A stretch of 64,000 bases of DNA from Geosiphon pyriformis uo1 (lineage: Eukaryota > Fungi > Glomeromycota): positions 1 to 64,000 of the forward strand of contig JAAOMT010000665.1 in the NCBI GenBank assembly GCA_016748015.1. The letters run 5' to 3'. Both the position numbers and the translations under genes were made by a program. Shown piece by piece: positions 50,235 to 64,000 of the stretch. Each line of letters opens with the position of its first letter. The stretch's first letter is position 1. Under the pieces are notes generated by a model. It searched no databases and had not been told where the DNA came from. It saw only the letters and a list, made by a program, of their open reading frames with translations.

Positions 50235-51152
50235 CCAATCAGAAGTAAACATAGTAAATGTAGAATTCCAGGATTTCTCTCAGAGGAATTGTAGGATTCC
50301 AGGAATTTCAGGATTCTCTGGTGAGGAATTGCAAGATTCCAGAATTCCAGGATTCTTCTCATCAGGAATTGCAGAATTCCAAGAATTCCAGGATTCCTGT
50401 TGCAAGGAATTAAAGAATTGAGGAATCTCAAATATGTATATATAGCAGTAGTATTAGAAGCAGAAAAGAATGAACACCAAGAATCCTTAGCTTAGTTACC
50501 ACAATTTTCAAATAAATAATTATTCATTATATCAAATTTATTCTTCACTATTAACACTTCATGTTAATAGTAACTGATACTTAACCATACTGGAACAATA
50601 GCTCTTGATCATGGCTATTGATGGAATACTAACTTGCAAATTGTCTTGGCTTATTTTTTATTTTCTCTTTTATCTTTTCTTTATTTTTTTTGTTGTCTAC
50701 TAACTTGATTAAAGGATTTACTCTTGGAGGACTTACAGAGGAATAAAACTTACTTAAACAATACTTACTCTTTGAGAACTTACAAAGAAATAAACTTACT
50801 TAAACAATATTTACTCTTGGAGGACTTATAGAGGAATAAACTTGCTTAAACAATACTTACTCTTGAAGGACTTATGGAAGAACTGATGTTAGGAAACAGT
50901 ACTAGTATACACTTATGGAGGATATCGTACCAGAAGAATCATCAACCATCAAGTTGAGCAACAATCAACAAAACTACAGTTTTAAGAAACTACTAATAAA
51001 CTGTTACCATTAAATCTCTGTTCATTATACAAAAAACTCAATTGGAAAACCTTCAGATAAAATACCTTCAGATTATCATTGTTACCAATTGCTTTGAGCA
51101 CCAAGTTATAGGTTTGTTATTCACTCGACACCCCAAAAAATCACCTGTAACA
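50235..51152 (+). repeat. B4 3' LTR, right piece
   Basis: Continues CCAA-TCAGAAGT...; ends CCTGTAACA like 33762. Confidence 0.92.
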
Positions 51153-54100
51153 ATGTAGCAGCCAATATATTAACTACTCAGATATCAAACAACAGTTTAT
51201 CAACCACAGCCACAAGTAATATATTATCTACCACAGCCACAAATAATTTATCAGACACCCACAGTTCAAACACTGCCATTAAACCCAGCTCAAATGACAT
51301 CAAAAAATCTTAGATCGAAAGTCACTCAAAATTGAAAATTGGTAATGGTTGTTCACCAACTGATCCTCAGCTCCTCCCACCAATTAACAGGATCATGTTT
51401 TTAGAATTTGGAAACTGAACATGCCCAAAACCCAAATTTCCAACACTATTTAAGTCTCTTAGATACCCCAAAAGATGCCCAATCCAATAATCTGGAAACC
51501 AACCAACAATTAACACTTACCAGCAACATTTTACCAGCCACCATCACAGAAGATAAATCACTTGTAGCTATATTCCTCTTTGAAATCGAAGAATCATTCA
51601 AAACACCTTTGTTCAGTAGAGTTACCTTCGAGGAAAAACTCATTACAATAATATACACTGATGCCAAAATTGATGGTCACCATATTAAACTGATTCTCAA
51701 TAGTGAATTAGCTGACAGCATTATCACAAGACAGTTCATGAACCAATTAGGTTGCTGAGTTGATTGAGCCACTAGTGCAAGAATAATTACAGCTAATAGA
51801 GCCACCAAGACTCCAATTGGTGAAATAGATAACCTACCTATAAAAGTCAATAGCATCATTATGCCAATTAAGGTATTGGTTATGGAAGTGACTCAATACC
51901 AAGCACTCGTTAATAACAATTAGCTGTCCAAAACCAATGTGACACTTGATTGGAACATGCAAGAGCTCCAACTCAGCCAGAATGGTCAACACACATGTGT
52001 ACCAGTCATGTGTGGCCATTTTAATACCACCAATACGACAGTACCACTTATCAAGTTTGAGGAAAAAGAAAAGAAATCTATCTGAAAAGCCTACCAAGTT
52101 TCTTGGGCCAATAAAGACCACAATGAATTATGACTGATACTTTCATGGAACAACAATGAGAAAGGAAAGAAAAAAGAAGAACCTACTTGGAATTCTGACC
52201 AAGCCTGAAAAAATGACAATAACCAGGAAAAGCCAATAAATTAGAAGTGGGAAAAAAATACAAAAGAAAAAGGAAAAGGAAAAGAAGAAAAACCAATGTC
52301 AACAACCACTACCACTTATACCCTATACACATATACTCCACCACAACTATCTAACTATTATCATCCAAAACTGGTATGCATTGATTGCAGCAAGAAATTG
52401 TCATCAATAGATGCATGCTGTGATAATAATAAGGAATACCAGATGGCAACTAAGTTTTATTGTTACCCATGTCTTGAACACTTTGAAAGACCAAAATGAG
52501 TTGGAAAATGGGATAATAAGCTGTGCTTGGCTTGTGGAGAAACTCTTCTTGATAAAGAAATGTGGAATGACATTTCTGGGAGAGGAAAAACATGCAACAA
52601 ATTGTGTCAGTACACAATTCTTATAAGTGACTGAGTAAAAAAAGGAACGCCCATAGATGCTGCCTGGAAATAAGCAGTCAAACACTTAGACAGATGTTCA
52701 CATGATAATGACAAAATTTGGTGAATAGCTCTTGCCAAAATCAAAAAAGCATTACCAGAAAAAATAAGAATAATAAAAAACAACCCACCAGAACCTATAG
52801 AACTTGACTGGGACTCAGAACCAGTTATAAATCTACTAGATCCAGAACAATTCTATGAACACTACCAGAAATTAGCACTCACTAGAGAGAAACAAGAGCA
52901 ATGGTTGGAAAAAATAAACACAAGACTATGTAACTATTATTTGATCCCATGTGACTTTTAATATTGTAATGAGTGTAACCTTATTTACAATCCACCATCA
53001 CACATGATCTATATGATCTTGGAAGAAAAAAAACCAATTAGCAGCTGTGCAACAGAATCGGAATCAACTTTCAATTTCAATTCAAACTCTGACAACAATG
53101 ATAATAAGAATAATGGTTCCAGCTTCATTCCAAATGACAACAAAAATTTTGATGATTCAAACCCCAATTCAAACTCCAAAACATATATCGTACTCCCTAA
53201 TCTCACCAAGAAACAGGAACTAAAATGGTTCAGTGATAATAATGAAAGTATTATGTCAGAATGTGCACATAATATTGATGCAGGGTTTAATCTGAGATAT
53301 CCAGGAAAAAATCTCATCAAATTAGAACCCTATTTGCACACATGTATTGATCTTAAAATAGCACTAAAAATTTCAGCAACAACAATGGTTCAGTTAGCAT
53401 CTAAAAGTAGCTTAGCAAAAAAGAGAATCAACATTAGAGGAGGAATAATTAACACAGGATACAAAATGACTCAGAAAAAGCATATATTATAGATTCAAAC
53501 AAGAAGATAGCACAAGCAATATTCCTATCTCTGGTAAAAATAGCTCAATTAGTATCAGTGAGAAACAGGAAAGAATTAGAGATAACAGCAAGAAAGATAC
53601 AAAGATTTAGATTTACAGATAGAATAGATGTACTAGTTAATATGGCAGAGGAAGAAATTATTGACAAAGGAAAAATTATTTTCATCTGTCAACCAATTTC
53701 CATCCCACTATATGACCAGTACATGATAATTATAGAGAAAAAAGTAAAAGATTAGGTTCAAATTTTCGAGACAGAAGCAACACTTTGTAAATCAGGAGAG
53801 ATTGGATTAGTCAATCTACACATACCAGCCAAAAACCACAGTCACATTAAAATTCCCATTTACAACAATATGGGAAGCATCATCAAGATACCAGAAGGAA
53901 CCACTATTGGATACTTAACCACCAAAATTGAAGACCAACTGCCAAATACTATTTTAGACTTTTTACAACTGTGTGAATATGTGAATATTACATTACAAAC
54001 AATATACAAATGAGAAAAATGTTATTTGTTCCAATCAGAACAATTGAAACAGATGAACTTGGGAAATCTAAACACACTACAACATATGCAACTCAAGATA

Positions 54101-55453
54101 TTACTTAACAATTTCAATGATATCTTTGCCAATGAAAACAAATTTGACAGAACTGATATCATCCAACATCAAATCAAGACTGGAGATGCAATACCAATTA
54201 AACAGAGAGCATACAGAGTACCACCAGCTAGCCATGAGATCATTCATTAAGAAATCAATCAGATGCTTGACAATAGGCTATTTCAGCCATCAATAAGTCT
54301 ATAGTCATCACCAGTAGTACTAGTCCATAAGAAAAATGGGAAAATCCGCTTCTGTATAGATTACTGAAAACTGAATGGAGTAACAAAAGGGGATAACTAC
54401 CCAACTCCAAAGATCCAAAAACTTTTTGATGCTTTTGGAGGGATGAAATGGTTCTCAACTTTAAATTTAGACAGTGGTTATTGGCAAGTAGCTATGAAAC
54501 CGGAAGATAAAAAAAAGACAGCTTTTACAACACGAGAAGGGAATTTTGAGTTTGAAGTCATGCCATTTGGCTTGATGAATGCTTCAGCAATATTTCAACA
54601 GCTCATGGAAATTGTTTATACTAAACTATTGTGGAAATTAGTAATTGTTTACTTAGACAACACCAATGTGTTTTTCAAAATATTTGATAATTATCTACAT
54701 CATCTCCAATAAGTTTTTGAAAGACTTAGATGAGCAGAATTAAAATTAAATGCAAACAAATGCTTTTTTGGCAAAACTAAACTCAAGTTTTTGGGACATG
54801 TTGTGAGCAAAGATGGTATCAAAACGGATCCAGATAAAATAGAGATTGTTAAGAACTTTTCAGTATTAAATAATCTCACAGAATTAAGAGCATTCTTGAA
54901 ATTTGCTGGATACTATTACCACTTTATCAAGGACTTTTCCAAAATAGCTCAACCACTATACCAACTCCAAACAAAAAACACCAAATATAAATGAATTAAA
55001 ACTCAACAAAAGGCTTTTGATACATTAAGAAGAAAACTTATTCAAGCCCTAGTACTGATCTATTCAAATCATAACAAGCTATTCATAATCACAACCAATG
55101 CATTTGGTCAAGTATTGGAAGCAGTATTATCACAGAGAGAACCAGATGGAAGAGAACATCTAGTAGCTTATGCTAATAGAAGCTTAAGTCCAGCTGAAAA
55201 GAACTATGGAACTCTAGCACTGGAACACTTAGCTATTTATTAGGCTGTTATCAAATGAAAAGAATACTTGAGTCAGAAGTTTAACATATACACTGATCAC
55301 AAAGGATTGACTTCTATCTAAAAGCAAGAATTTGGAGATGATTGTCATGTCAGATGAAAAATAAAACTTTTACTATTTAATTATACAGTACATTATAAAA
55401 AAGAAAAAAAAAATGGAAATGCCAACAGATTGTTGTAAATAAGACAAATCTAA
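51153..55453 (+). pseudogene. pol: B3 gag-pol continuation (PR, Cys-rich insert, dUTPase, RT, RH)
   Basis: GHHIKLILNS, CIDC/FYCYPC, DAGFNLRYPG, LDSGYWQV, MPFGL, YLDN; ends IRQI-TAA. Confidence 0.88.
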
Positions 55454-55483
55454 AAACATTTCAACCCAAAAATATAACAAAAA

Positions 55484-56273
55484 ATGAATATACAAAAATA
55501 TCAACAACTCTAATATTATATAAATACCTAATTGTTTAAGAAAAAATTATCTCAAAAGAAACAAAAAAACATAAAACAACAATCAAAATATTTTATCAAC
55601 TATCAAAATATACTTTACCAGAAAAACAAAAGAAATCCAGATCAACCAACCAGAGTAATTACAGAACCAAAAAAAGAAACAATATTATTCAACATGCACT
55701 TAGATTCAACAGCAGAACATTTTCATAAAGAAACAACCATAGAAAGAACCAAAAAAAGATATTATTGGCCATCAATGTATCCAGACATCATCCAATATGT
55801 TTAAAATTGTGATACTTGTCAGAAAAAAGGAGAAACAAGACCCAGGGAACTGTTAAGACCAATTAAAGTGGAACAACTATTTGATCACATTGGAATTGAT
55901 TTAGTTAGACCATTAACAATAACCAGTAGAGGCAACAAATATATTGCAGTAGTCATGAACTATCTCACTAAATGGCCTGAAGCAAAAGCAATTCAAAAAG
56001 CAGATGTGGAATCCATTGCCAAATTCATTCATCAAGATTTGATCTGTCAACATGAATGTCCAAAAGAACTATTATCAGATTAAGAAACTCACTTTGTAAA
56101 TAGAACATTGGCAGAATTAAGTCAAAGATTTAAAATCAAAAAACCATTATCATCACCATATTATCCACAAACAAATGGGTTAGTCGAGAGGTTCAACAAA
56201 ACATTGTGTGAAACCATTGCCAAAATCAGCCAAGAAAACCAGGATAAATGGGATTTAATTATACCATTGGTGT
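55484..56273 (+). pseudogene. B3 integrase, interrupted by D1
   Basis: ATG MNIQKYQQL; GIDLV, TNGLVERFN; homology stops at IIPLV where the D1 LTR begins. Confidence 0.88.
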
Positions 56274-57147
56274 TGTTATGGTTTAAGAATTTAGCAAAAG
56301 AATCATAAAAATAATATAAACTATTCAATCATAATATAGCACAGTAATAATCTTAGAAAGATAATGATTAATATAGTAGCAAACACCATCTTGTGATAGT
56401 GACAAGCACCAGTTCACAATAGCAGCCAACACCAACTGGTAATAGCAGCAAACACCAGGTTGAAATATCAAAAAGAAAGTATTACAATGTGTTTTCTCAT
56501 AGAACTACAAACATGTATATATACAGTAGCTTTAATATTGAAAAAAGAGAATCAAGTAATAAAAATCATAACTTATCAAGCAATAGATCTAATTTTATCC
56601 AACAAACTCCACTTTAAATTATACTTTCAAATTAAATATTCTAAGAAACCTTTAAATCAAAAAAAAATGAAAAAGAATATTTAAAACTGAATTATTACAA
56701 CCCAAAGTATTAAGAAACTTACTTGTATTATTTATTGAATGAAACTATTATTTATCAGCTGAATCTCTTGGAAGAATAATCCTTGATCAAAATTATTCAC
56801 GTTGTTACTAATTGATAAAAACTTTATTGTAAGAATTAAGAAAAGCACTAAAGACCATTAACATTCTGTGTTTTTAGATTAGAGAAACACATTAGACAAT
56901 TGCAAAAATAGCCTCAGAGAAGACCCCAAACAGTGGATAAATTTCAGTTCAGCCTCTGAGAAGGAGTACATAAATACACACAACAATCAAGAATCGAGGA
57001 ATAACTTACATCATGATATTAAAAAAAAAGCCTTCAGTATAACAGTGACATTATCACACAAATAGAATTGAGAAACTTATGAAAGACTAATTGCAATTAA
57101 AACGGGATATTGGCAATTAAATATAACAAGAAAACCATCCCATAACA
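56274..57147 (+). repeat. D1 5' LTR
   Basis: Terminal inverted repeat, TATATA at ~56517, followed by TT-TGGTGCTTC. The partner LTR is outside the window. Confidence 0.82.
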
Positions 57148-57229
57148 TTTGGTGCTTCTTATGAAGAAAAAAAATCAAAAAAGAAATAATAATTAGCAAT
57201 AATTTATTGCTAAAAAGGAAGAGACAAAA

Positions 57230-60200
57230 GTGGCGACAAAAACCCCTAACCTTACTGTTCTTGAATTCTGCCATGCTATTTGCACACAAAATCAAAGTGA
57301 TCTTGGATTACCAGAAGAGTGTTGTCCAGCAGAATCTGCTCTTACTTATTATATCAACGCCAGAATAAATTATCATATAGGAAAAAAAAAAGAACCACAT
57401 GACACAAAACTTGGATTGTATAGAGAATTATCACAATACACTACAAAAAAAATAGTAGTAATAGCCACAACTATTGTCAAAATCCATCAAGAAATTGAGC
57501 AATACGCCAATGAAAATTTTTCAATATCCACAGGAAACACTAGGGAATGTGCCAACAAAACCAAAGAAAATTTAGAAACTAATCAGAAAAGTAACCAGCA
57601 AAAACTAGGAACACTTGTTCAAATACCAAAGAAAACTGTCACTCAATCAATAAAAAAACAACGTATTTATTCACCAGAAGATAAATCATACCATTTTTCA
57701 CCAGAAAATAAGATACAAATTCCATTAGGAGCTGTATTATCATCAACATCAACTTTACAAACGCCAAGAACTCCTAGTTATACTGATAAAATTAAACAAT
57801 GTAACTAAGGAGACATACCAATTACAAAAAGATATTCATCACTATTTCAAAACCCTCTTTTTCAGCCAAAATTCAGAATGGGGTTTGAAAACTGTAAAGA
57901 AAAGTCTGAATCAGAATCCAAAAAAGAGACCAGCAAAAAAACAATCACAAGACCGGTCACTGGAACAAGTAGCCAGTCCAGAAACCAAGAAACTTATGAT
58001 CAAGAAAAAGAACCGAATATAAAAGAAGCCACCTTCAAGAACACTCAAGGAAATATCATTCCATCTCTTCTTAGACCAATAAGCCCACCAGCAGAAAACA
58101 GCAATGAAATAGCCACACCATACATTGCAAGACTAACAGATTTCTCAAGAGAGGAAGAAAAAACAGACATGCACACATGGCTCAGAGAAACACAAAAAGC
58201 CATCCAGGCAAATAACTGGAATGACCAAAGAGCAATTCAAACATTACCTTTTTTCTTGAAAGGCACAGCCAACTCATGATATCAAAGTCTGGAAACAAAA
58301 CCCACGAGCTTTGCCGAATTTAAAAATGCACTCCTGGAGTATTTTAGCGACCCAAACGTCATAATCCAACTACAGAATAAATTCAATACTATCAAGCAAA
58401 ATACCAGTAAAACTGTTATCCAATACCTTGCTTGATTCAATCGAATTTGCCATCAGATTGAAGTGATTGAACAAGGATACTACACTGATCCTCAGGTTTT
58501 AAATCAGTTTATTAGAGGATTAAAAAGCAGCATTTTAAGAAAAGTACACCCTGCCCACTCTAATTCCTTACCAGAAGCTGTTACACTTACCAAAGCCCTT
58601 GAATCAGCTGAGAAAAAAGCTAACCATAGTCAAATGGTTAACATGGTAATGGAGAAAAATAAGACAAAAACATTAGAGAAAAGAGTAATACAATTAGGGA
58701 AGGAACTCTCTAAGAAAATAGAAAGTTACCTCATCCCGGATCCAAGAAGAAATACATATTAACCACCCCAAAAATGCAGCCAGGAAGTCAGTGACAGTCA
58801 AAATAATTGCTCATCGCACCAGAAATTCAGAACAGAAACGCATGCCTGCCATTTTTGCAAACGCATAGAACATTTGATTAGTCAATGTTGAACGTAAATG
58901 ATGCAAGAAGCACGCGAAAATAATTACTACATGCCACCCCAAATGCCCAGAAACCAGTACATGCCAATACCATGCCAATATCCCACCACATATCAAAATC
59001 AAGGAGCTTACCAGCAACAGCCCATGATAACCAACCCGAATTGGCATCCCAAGGCCTGAAATCAGCCCATATGAAACCAGAACGCATTGGTCCAAAGGAA
59101 TCCAAACCGCACCAGAACCAATCAGCAAACCAATCTAAACTACCAAAATTATCAACAAACTTATCTTAATATACTGAAAAATCTAATTATTGGAAACAAT
59201 GATAGTAGAAACATAAACAGAACCAAAAATTCTTCCAACAAATTGAGCCAGACAATACCACCAGCAGTTGCCACTGAAGATAGCAGTCTCACAGCTATTT
59301 TTCTTTTTGAATTAGAGGAAAACAAGACTATGTTCAGTGGAGCAGCATTGAACAAAAAACGCCCAATCACTACTATGTATACGGAAGCCACTGTAAACAA
59401 TACCCCAATCAAACTTATCTTAGACAGTGGATCTGCTGGAAGCATTGTAACGCTTCAACTAGTAAACCAACTAGGTTTCAAAGTTGATCATGTTGCAACG
59501 TCCCAAATCATAACAGCCAATGGAAGTACAAAGCTGTCTTATGGCAAAATTGACTTATTTCCTTTCGAAATTAACAGTATAGTAATACCTACAAAAGTAT
59601 TAGTAATAGACACTACACAATATCAAGTGCTAGTAGAAAATGACTGGCTAACAAAAGCCAATGCCACTCTAGACTAGACCACCCAAGAGCTTCTGATCAA
59701 TTATAATGGCCACCAGGCCAGAATTCCAGCCATCTGTGGCCACTTCTAAAAACCCAGTACCAACCAAAGACCTACCTTTGAATTTGAGGAAAATTCAGCA
59801 CTACCAGCCATCGAAACCTATTAGCTCTCTTGGACTGATGACCAAAGAACAGGACTACCAGTCATACCAATGTGGACCAGCAAAGAAAGATCTGAATGGA
59901 ACCAGGTAAGTCCATGAAGAAACCACCAGCGACGCAGACCAAAGCTAGAATACTCAGTTTGCAAGAAAAAACTTTCATCTATGACTGCATGCAACACACC
60001 AGACGAAGACCCAAGAAATCCCACTCACTACTATTGTAATCATTGTAACAAAAAAAAATACGGTTACCCAAAAAGACACAGAAAATGGGACAAGAAACCG
60101 TGCCTCACTTGTGGAAAACCGTTACCAAGAGGGTGCAACTGGAATGACATACCAGACAGAGAAGAAACGTGTGATGCAACTTGCCAATACACAATCCTCA

Positions 60201-62941
60201 TCTGTGACTGGGTAAGAGGAGGAACGCCATTTGAAGCAGTGTTCAACAGAGTGTCAAAAAGACTACAGCACTACCCACATGATGAAGACGAGTTGTACAA
60301 TACTACACAAGCCAAAGTAAGAGAAAGAACTGCCGAAAAAATATGACACTGGAAAGAATTAGCCGAAGTAATCGACAAAGTCACCAGCTACAACATGTTT
60401 GATCCAGTAGACAAATTCCAGGACTACTACCAACAACTATGCCCTACTCGACAAGAGCAAGAACAATACCTTGCCCAAATCAACACTTATCTTTGTGAAA
60501 ACTGTCTTATCCTGTGCCAAAATCAGTGCTGTAAAGAGTGTCGAAATGAAAGGGACTTAGAAAAAAAAATGGAAATTGAGAATCAACAGTCTCAAAATCA
60601 ATCAATAAATTAACAAGACTCACCTAATGGTTCCGAGTCAGAAAAATTTGTATCCTATACCGATCTAGAACAGGTGATTGACATCCAATACTTTGACAAT
60701 AGACACTTAAGAATAATACCCAAAAGAGCCTATTCAACTAACGCCGGATTTGATCTACGTTATCTAGAAGACCAATCCACAATATTACCACCCAGGAGCA
60801 TTACCAAAATCGACCTAAAAATAGTAGTTGAAATTCTGCCAGGAATAATGGTTCAAATAGCATTACAATCAAGCCTCGTAAAAAAAGGAATAAGCGTTCA
60901 AGAAGGAGTAATTGACTTCGGATACACTGGAAATTTGATGGTGTTGCTATAAAACAATTCAGAAAAGTCTTATACCATTGAATCTAAGAAAAAGATTGCA
61001 CAAGCAATTTTCCCACTATTAGTAAAAATTGGGAAATTTGTGCCAGTGGAAAATTGTGAGGAATTGTTACAAACAATGAGAGGAACTTTTGGTTTCAGAT
61101 CGACAGAAAAAGGAATTGAAGCAAATTTCACTAAAACAATAGAGAAAAAAAGCGAAGTAATTAAAACTGAGCAGTCCATTATGCTCCTACCATATGGAAA
61201 ATCAGAAATAAGAATAAAAAAGACAATTAAAAAAAAAGACCTAATATTTGAGCCTTACCCAGAAACTTGCCAACAGTTTCTCATAGAACTTACTAACTTT
61301 TTTATTCCAGCTGATAAAGCTCAATGGATAAAAATTCCTATTGTAAACACCACAGAAGAATCTGTTTACATTCCGGAAGATACTATCATTGGATACCTCG
61401 GAACGGAGCTAGAAAATGCATTAACACCACAAGAAATTCTAAATTTCCCAGAAATCATTCTTTACTGTGAACTCACTTTAATAAATTGGCAACAACCGTT
61501 GGAATGCTATCAATTTATGACAGAAAAATTAACCAAATTAAACATTGAAACAATGGATCCTGACCAACAGTAACAATTAAAAGCATTAATTTTAAAATAC
61601 TCTGATATATTTTCACGAAATGGCAAATTTGGAAGAACCAACTTGGTTTAACACCAAATTCCCACTGGAAACACCAGACCTGAAAAACAATGCACTTACC
61701 GTGTCCCACCAATGGAGCATAATTTTATCAAAGAAGAAGTCCAAAGCATGTTGGAAAAAGAAATAATACAACCATCAATGAGCCCATGGTCCTCACTAGT
61801 TGTTTTAGTAAGGAAAAAGAACGGAAAAATTAAATTTTGTGTTGACTATTGCAAACTAAACAGCAAAACAACCAAAGACTCATACCCAATATTGTTAATT
61901 GATAAAATCTTTGACATTTTTGGAGGAGCAAAATGGTTTTCTACACTGGACTTGACCAGTGGGTATTGGTAAGTAGAAATAAACCCAAAAGACAGGCATA
62001 AAACAACATTCACAACACAAAATGACAATTATGAGTTCAATATAATGCCATTTGGATTAACAAATGCTCCCGCAACATTCCAAAAACTAATGGACATAAT
62101 TTACTCTAAAATCCTGTAGCAATCCATTGTTGTCTACTTGGATGATACAAATGTTTTCTTATCAAAATTCATAGATCATCTCCAACATTTACAACAAATT
62201 TTTGAGAGATTGAGACACATTGGACTTAAACTAAATCTAGAAAAATGTTTCTTTGAGAAAAATGAGCTAGCATTTTTAGAACACGTAGTTGGAAAAGATA
62301 AAATAAAACCAGATCCATCAAAAATAGACAAAGTGAAAAATTTTCTGGTACCTCGAAACGTTTCAGAAGTTAGAAGTTTTTTAGAACTTGCATCTTACTA
62401 CTGCCATTTTGTAGAAAACTTTTCAAACATTGCCAAACCCTTTAATTATCTACTATCTAAAAATGTGAAGTTTGAATGGACTAAAGCACAATAAAAAGCT
62501 TTCAAGTACTTTAGACAAAAGCTCATTGAATCACCAATAATGATTTATCCGAATTTCAACAAGAAATTCATTTTGGCCACAAATGTCTCTGGAACTAGAC
62601 TTAGAGCCATTCTGTCACAAAAAAATGATAATAGAAGAGAACATGTAATCGCTTATGCCAATAGAAGTCTCAGTATGGCAGAGCAAAACTATGCAGCACA
62701 CAAACTTGAATGCTTAGCAGTAGTCTGGAGTTGTGTTCACTTTGACACATATTTATGGTACCAACTCTTTGAGATTACCACAGATCATAGAGGTCTGGTC
62801 TGGTTAAATAACAAAAAAGCACTAAAAAGAAAATATGCCAGATGGTCACAAATGTTAGCACCATATGATTATATTATCAAATACAAAGAAAGTACCAAAA
62901 ATGCTAATGCTAACTGTTTGTCAAGAATGAAACACACATAA
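57230..62941 (+). pseudogene. gag-pol: D1 gag-pol, disrupted
   Basis: GTG start; capsid AIQTLPFFLKG; CHFCKRIEHLISQC; LILDSGSAGS; Cys-rich ORF at 59981; dUTPase ~60680-61110; YLDDTN; RNase H ORF 62540-62941 ending LSRMKHT-TAA. Confidence 0.92.
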
Positions 62942-62970
62942 AAATCACCAACCCACCCACCACAACAACA

Positions 62971-64000
62971 ATGAACAACCACCTTTACAAAAACCTCAGC
63001 CAATACTTGAAAACACTACAAATAGACAAAGAAATACCAGTAAAAGAGCTAATTAAGCTCCAAAAATTAGCAAAACACTATTTCATCCAAAATCACATAC
63101 TTTATTACTGGAATCAACAAAATCCAGATAATTTATTAAGAGTTATAACCACGAATGAAAAAGAAACTATTTTATTTAACATGCACTCAGATATTCATTC
63201 AGGCCACTTTGGAAAAACAGCAACCATCTAATGTGCAACTAGCCATTACTATTGGCCAAAAATGAGTTCAGACATAATCCAATACATAAGAAATTGTAAC
63301 CCATGCCAATGAAGAGGAGGAGCAAAAACAACAGAATTATTAAGACCAATAAAAGTTGAACAGCCATTTGACAGAATTGGAATTGATTTAGTTGGACCCT
63401 TACCAATAACAACAAGAAACAACTATTATATTGCAGTAGCCATAGACTATCTTACCAAATAGCCAGAAGCTAGAGCTATTAAAACAGCTGATGCTATTTC
63501 TGTAGCTCAATTCATACATGAAGACTTAATTTGCTGGCATGGATGTCCACAAAAATTGTTATCAGATCAAAACACACACTTCATAAACAGCACCTTAAAA
63601 GAACTTAGCCAAAAATTTGGAATTAAGTGACCACTGTCATCACCATACCACTCTCAAACAAATAGATTAGTTGAAAAATTTAATCATACATTATGTAAAT
63701 CACTGGCAAAAATTAGTAATGAACATAAAAAAGAATAGGATTTGTTCATATCAGCAGTACTACTAGCATATAGAACAGTAAAACAAGATACTACACAATT
63801 CACACCATTTGAACTAGTTTATAAAAGAAAAGCCACATTACCAGTTGAACTTACTATTCCAACTTATCCAAGTGACACTATCACGGAAGCAACATTCTAG
63901 GAAACACTACTTAGAAGAACATATGAATTAATGGGAACTTTAGAAAACAAAAGAAGAAAAACAGCACAAAATATTGAACAATCACAAGAACAACAAAAAG
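62971..64000 (+). pseudogene. D1 integrase (separate ORF, partial)
   Basis: ATG MNNHLYKNLSQYLKTL; HSDIHSGHFG; RIGIDLVGPLP; LSDQ. Confidence 0.9.

Larger units (their letters stand above)
32794..51152 (+). mobile_element. Full-length Ty3/Gypsy element B4 with a 4-bp TSD (ACAT/ATGT); 3' LTR split by C2
   Basis: 5' LTR 32794-33762; 3' LTR 42246-42300 plus 50235-51152; PBS at 33765; PPT AAAAGGAGGGAATAA at 42231-42245. Confidence 0.93.
30092..56273 (+). mobile_element. Ty3/Gypsy element B3 (own sequence 30092-32793 and 51153-56273), interrupted by B4 and D1
   Basis: 5' LTR 30092-30845 (internal U3 deletion), PBS at 30848, gag from 30908. The reading resumes seamlessly at 51153 (ND-VAAN) through PR, dUTPase, RT, RH and IN. 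Confidence 0.88.
56274..64000 (+). mobile_element. Ty3/Gypsy element D1 (runs off the window inside integrase)
   Basis: LTR 56274-57147 with an 8-bp terminal inverted repeat TGTTATGG/CCATAACA, PBS at 57150, gag-pol and IN. Confidence 0.9.

Overview
This is AT-rich eukaryotic repeat DNA with no host genes. The window is a nested stack of ten copies or fragments of Ty3/Gypsy LTR retrotransposons from four related families, which I label A-D. All copies are pseudogenised by C>T/G>A transitions. The proteins resemble the Gypsy expansions of Glomeromycotina fungi (e.g. Geosiphon-like); that host assignment is inference. Map: A1 1-9678(+); B1 9679-16455(+); A2 16456-18120(-); C1 18121-27832(+); B2 27833-29748(-); B0 fragment 29749-30091(+); B3 30092-56273(+), interrupted by B4 32794-51152(+), whose 3' LTR is interrupted by C2 42301-50234(+); D1 56274-end(+), inserted in the B3 integrase. 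The families share an unusual, retrovirus-like architecture. (1) Long TGTTA...TAACA LTRs carry a covarying palindromic-loop hairpin (DIS-like) in U5, followed by a TGGTGCT PBS. (2) ORF1 appears to start at a conserved GTG and runs: helical N-terminal domain, capsid, CCHC knuckle, protease, a ~200 aa Cys-rich insert, dUTPase, a degenerate dUTPase-like domain, RT (YLDD), RNase H, stop. (3) Integrase is a separate ORF with its own ATG. (4) A conserved non-Env ORF3 ends at the PPT (seen in A, B and C; off-window for D). (5) TSDs are 4 bp and every insertion site is centred on CA/TG. Assembly artefacts: two N gaps and a Nextera/Tn5 mosaic-end adapter at 47287-47305 that mimics an RT deletion.
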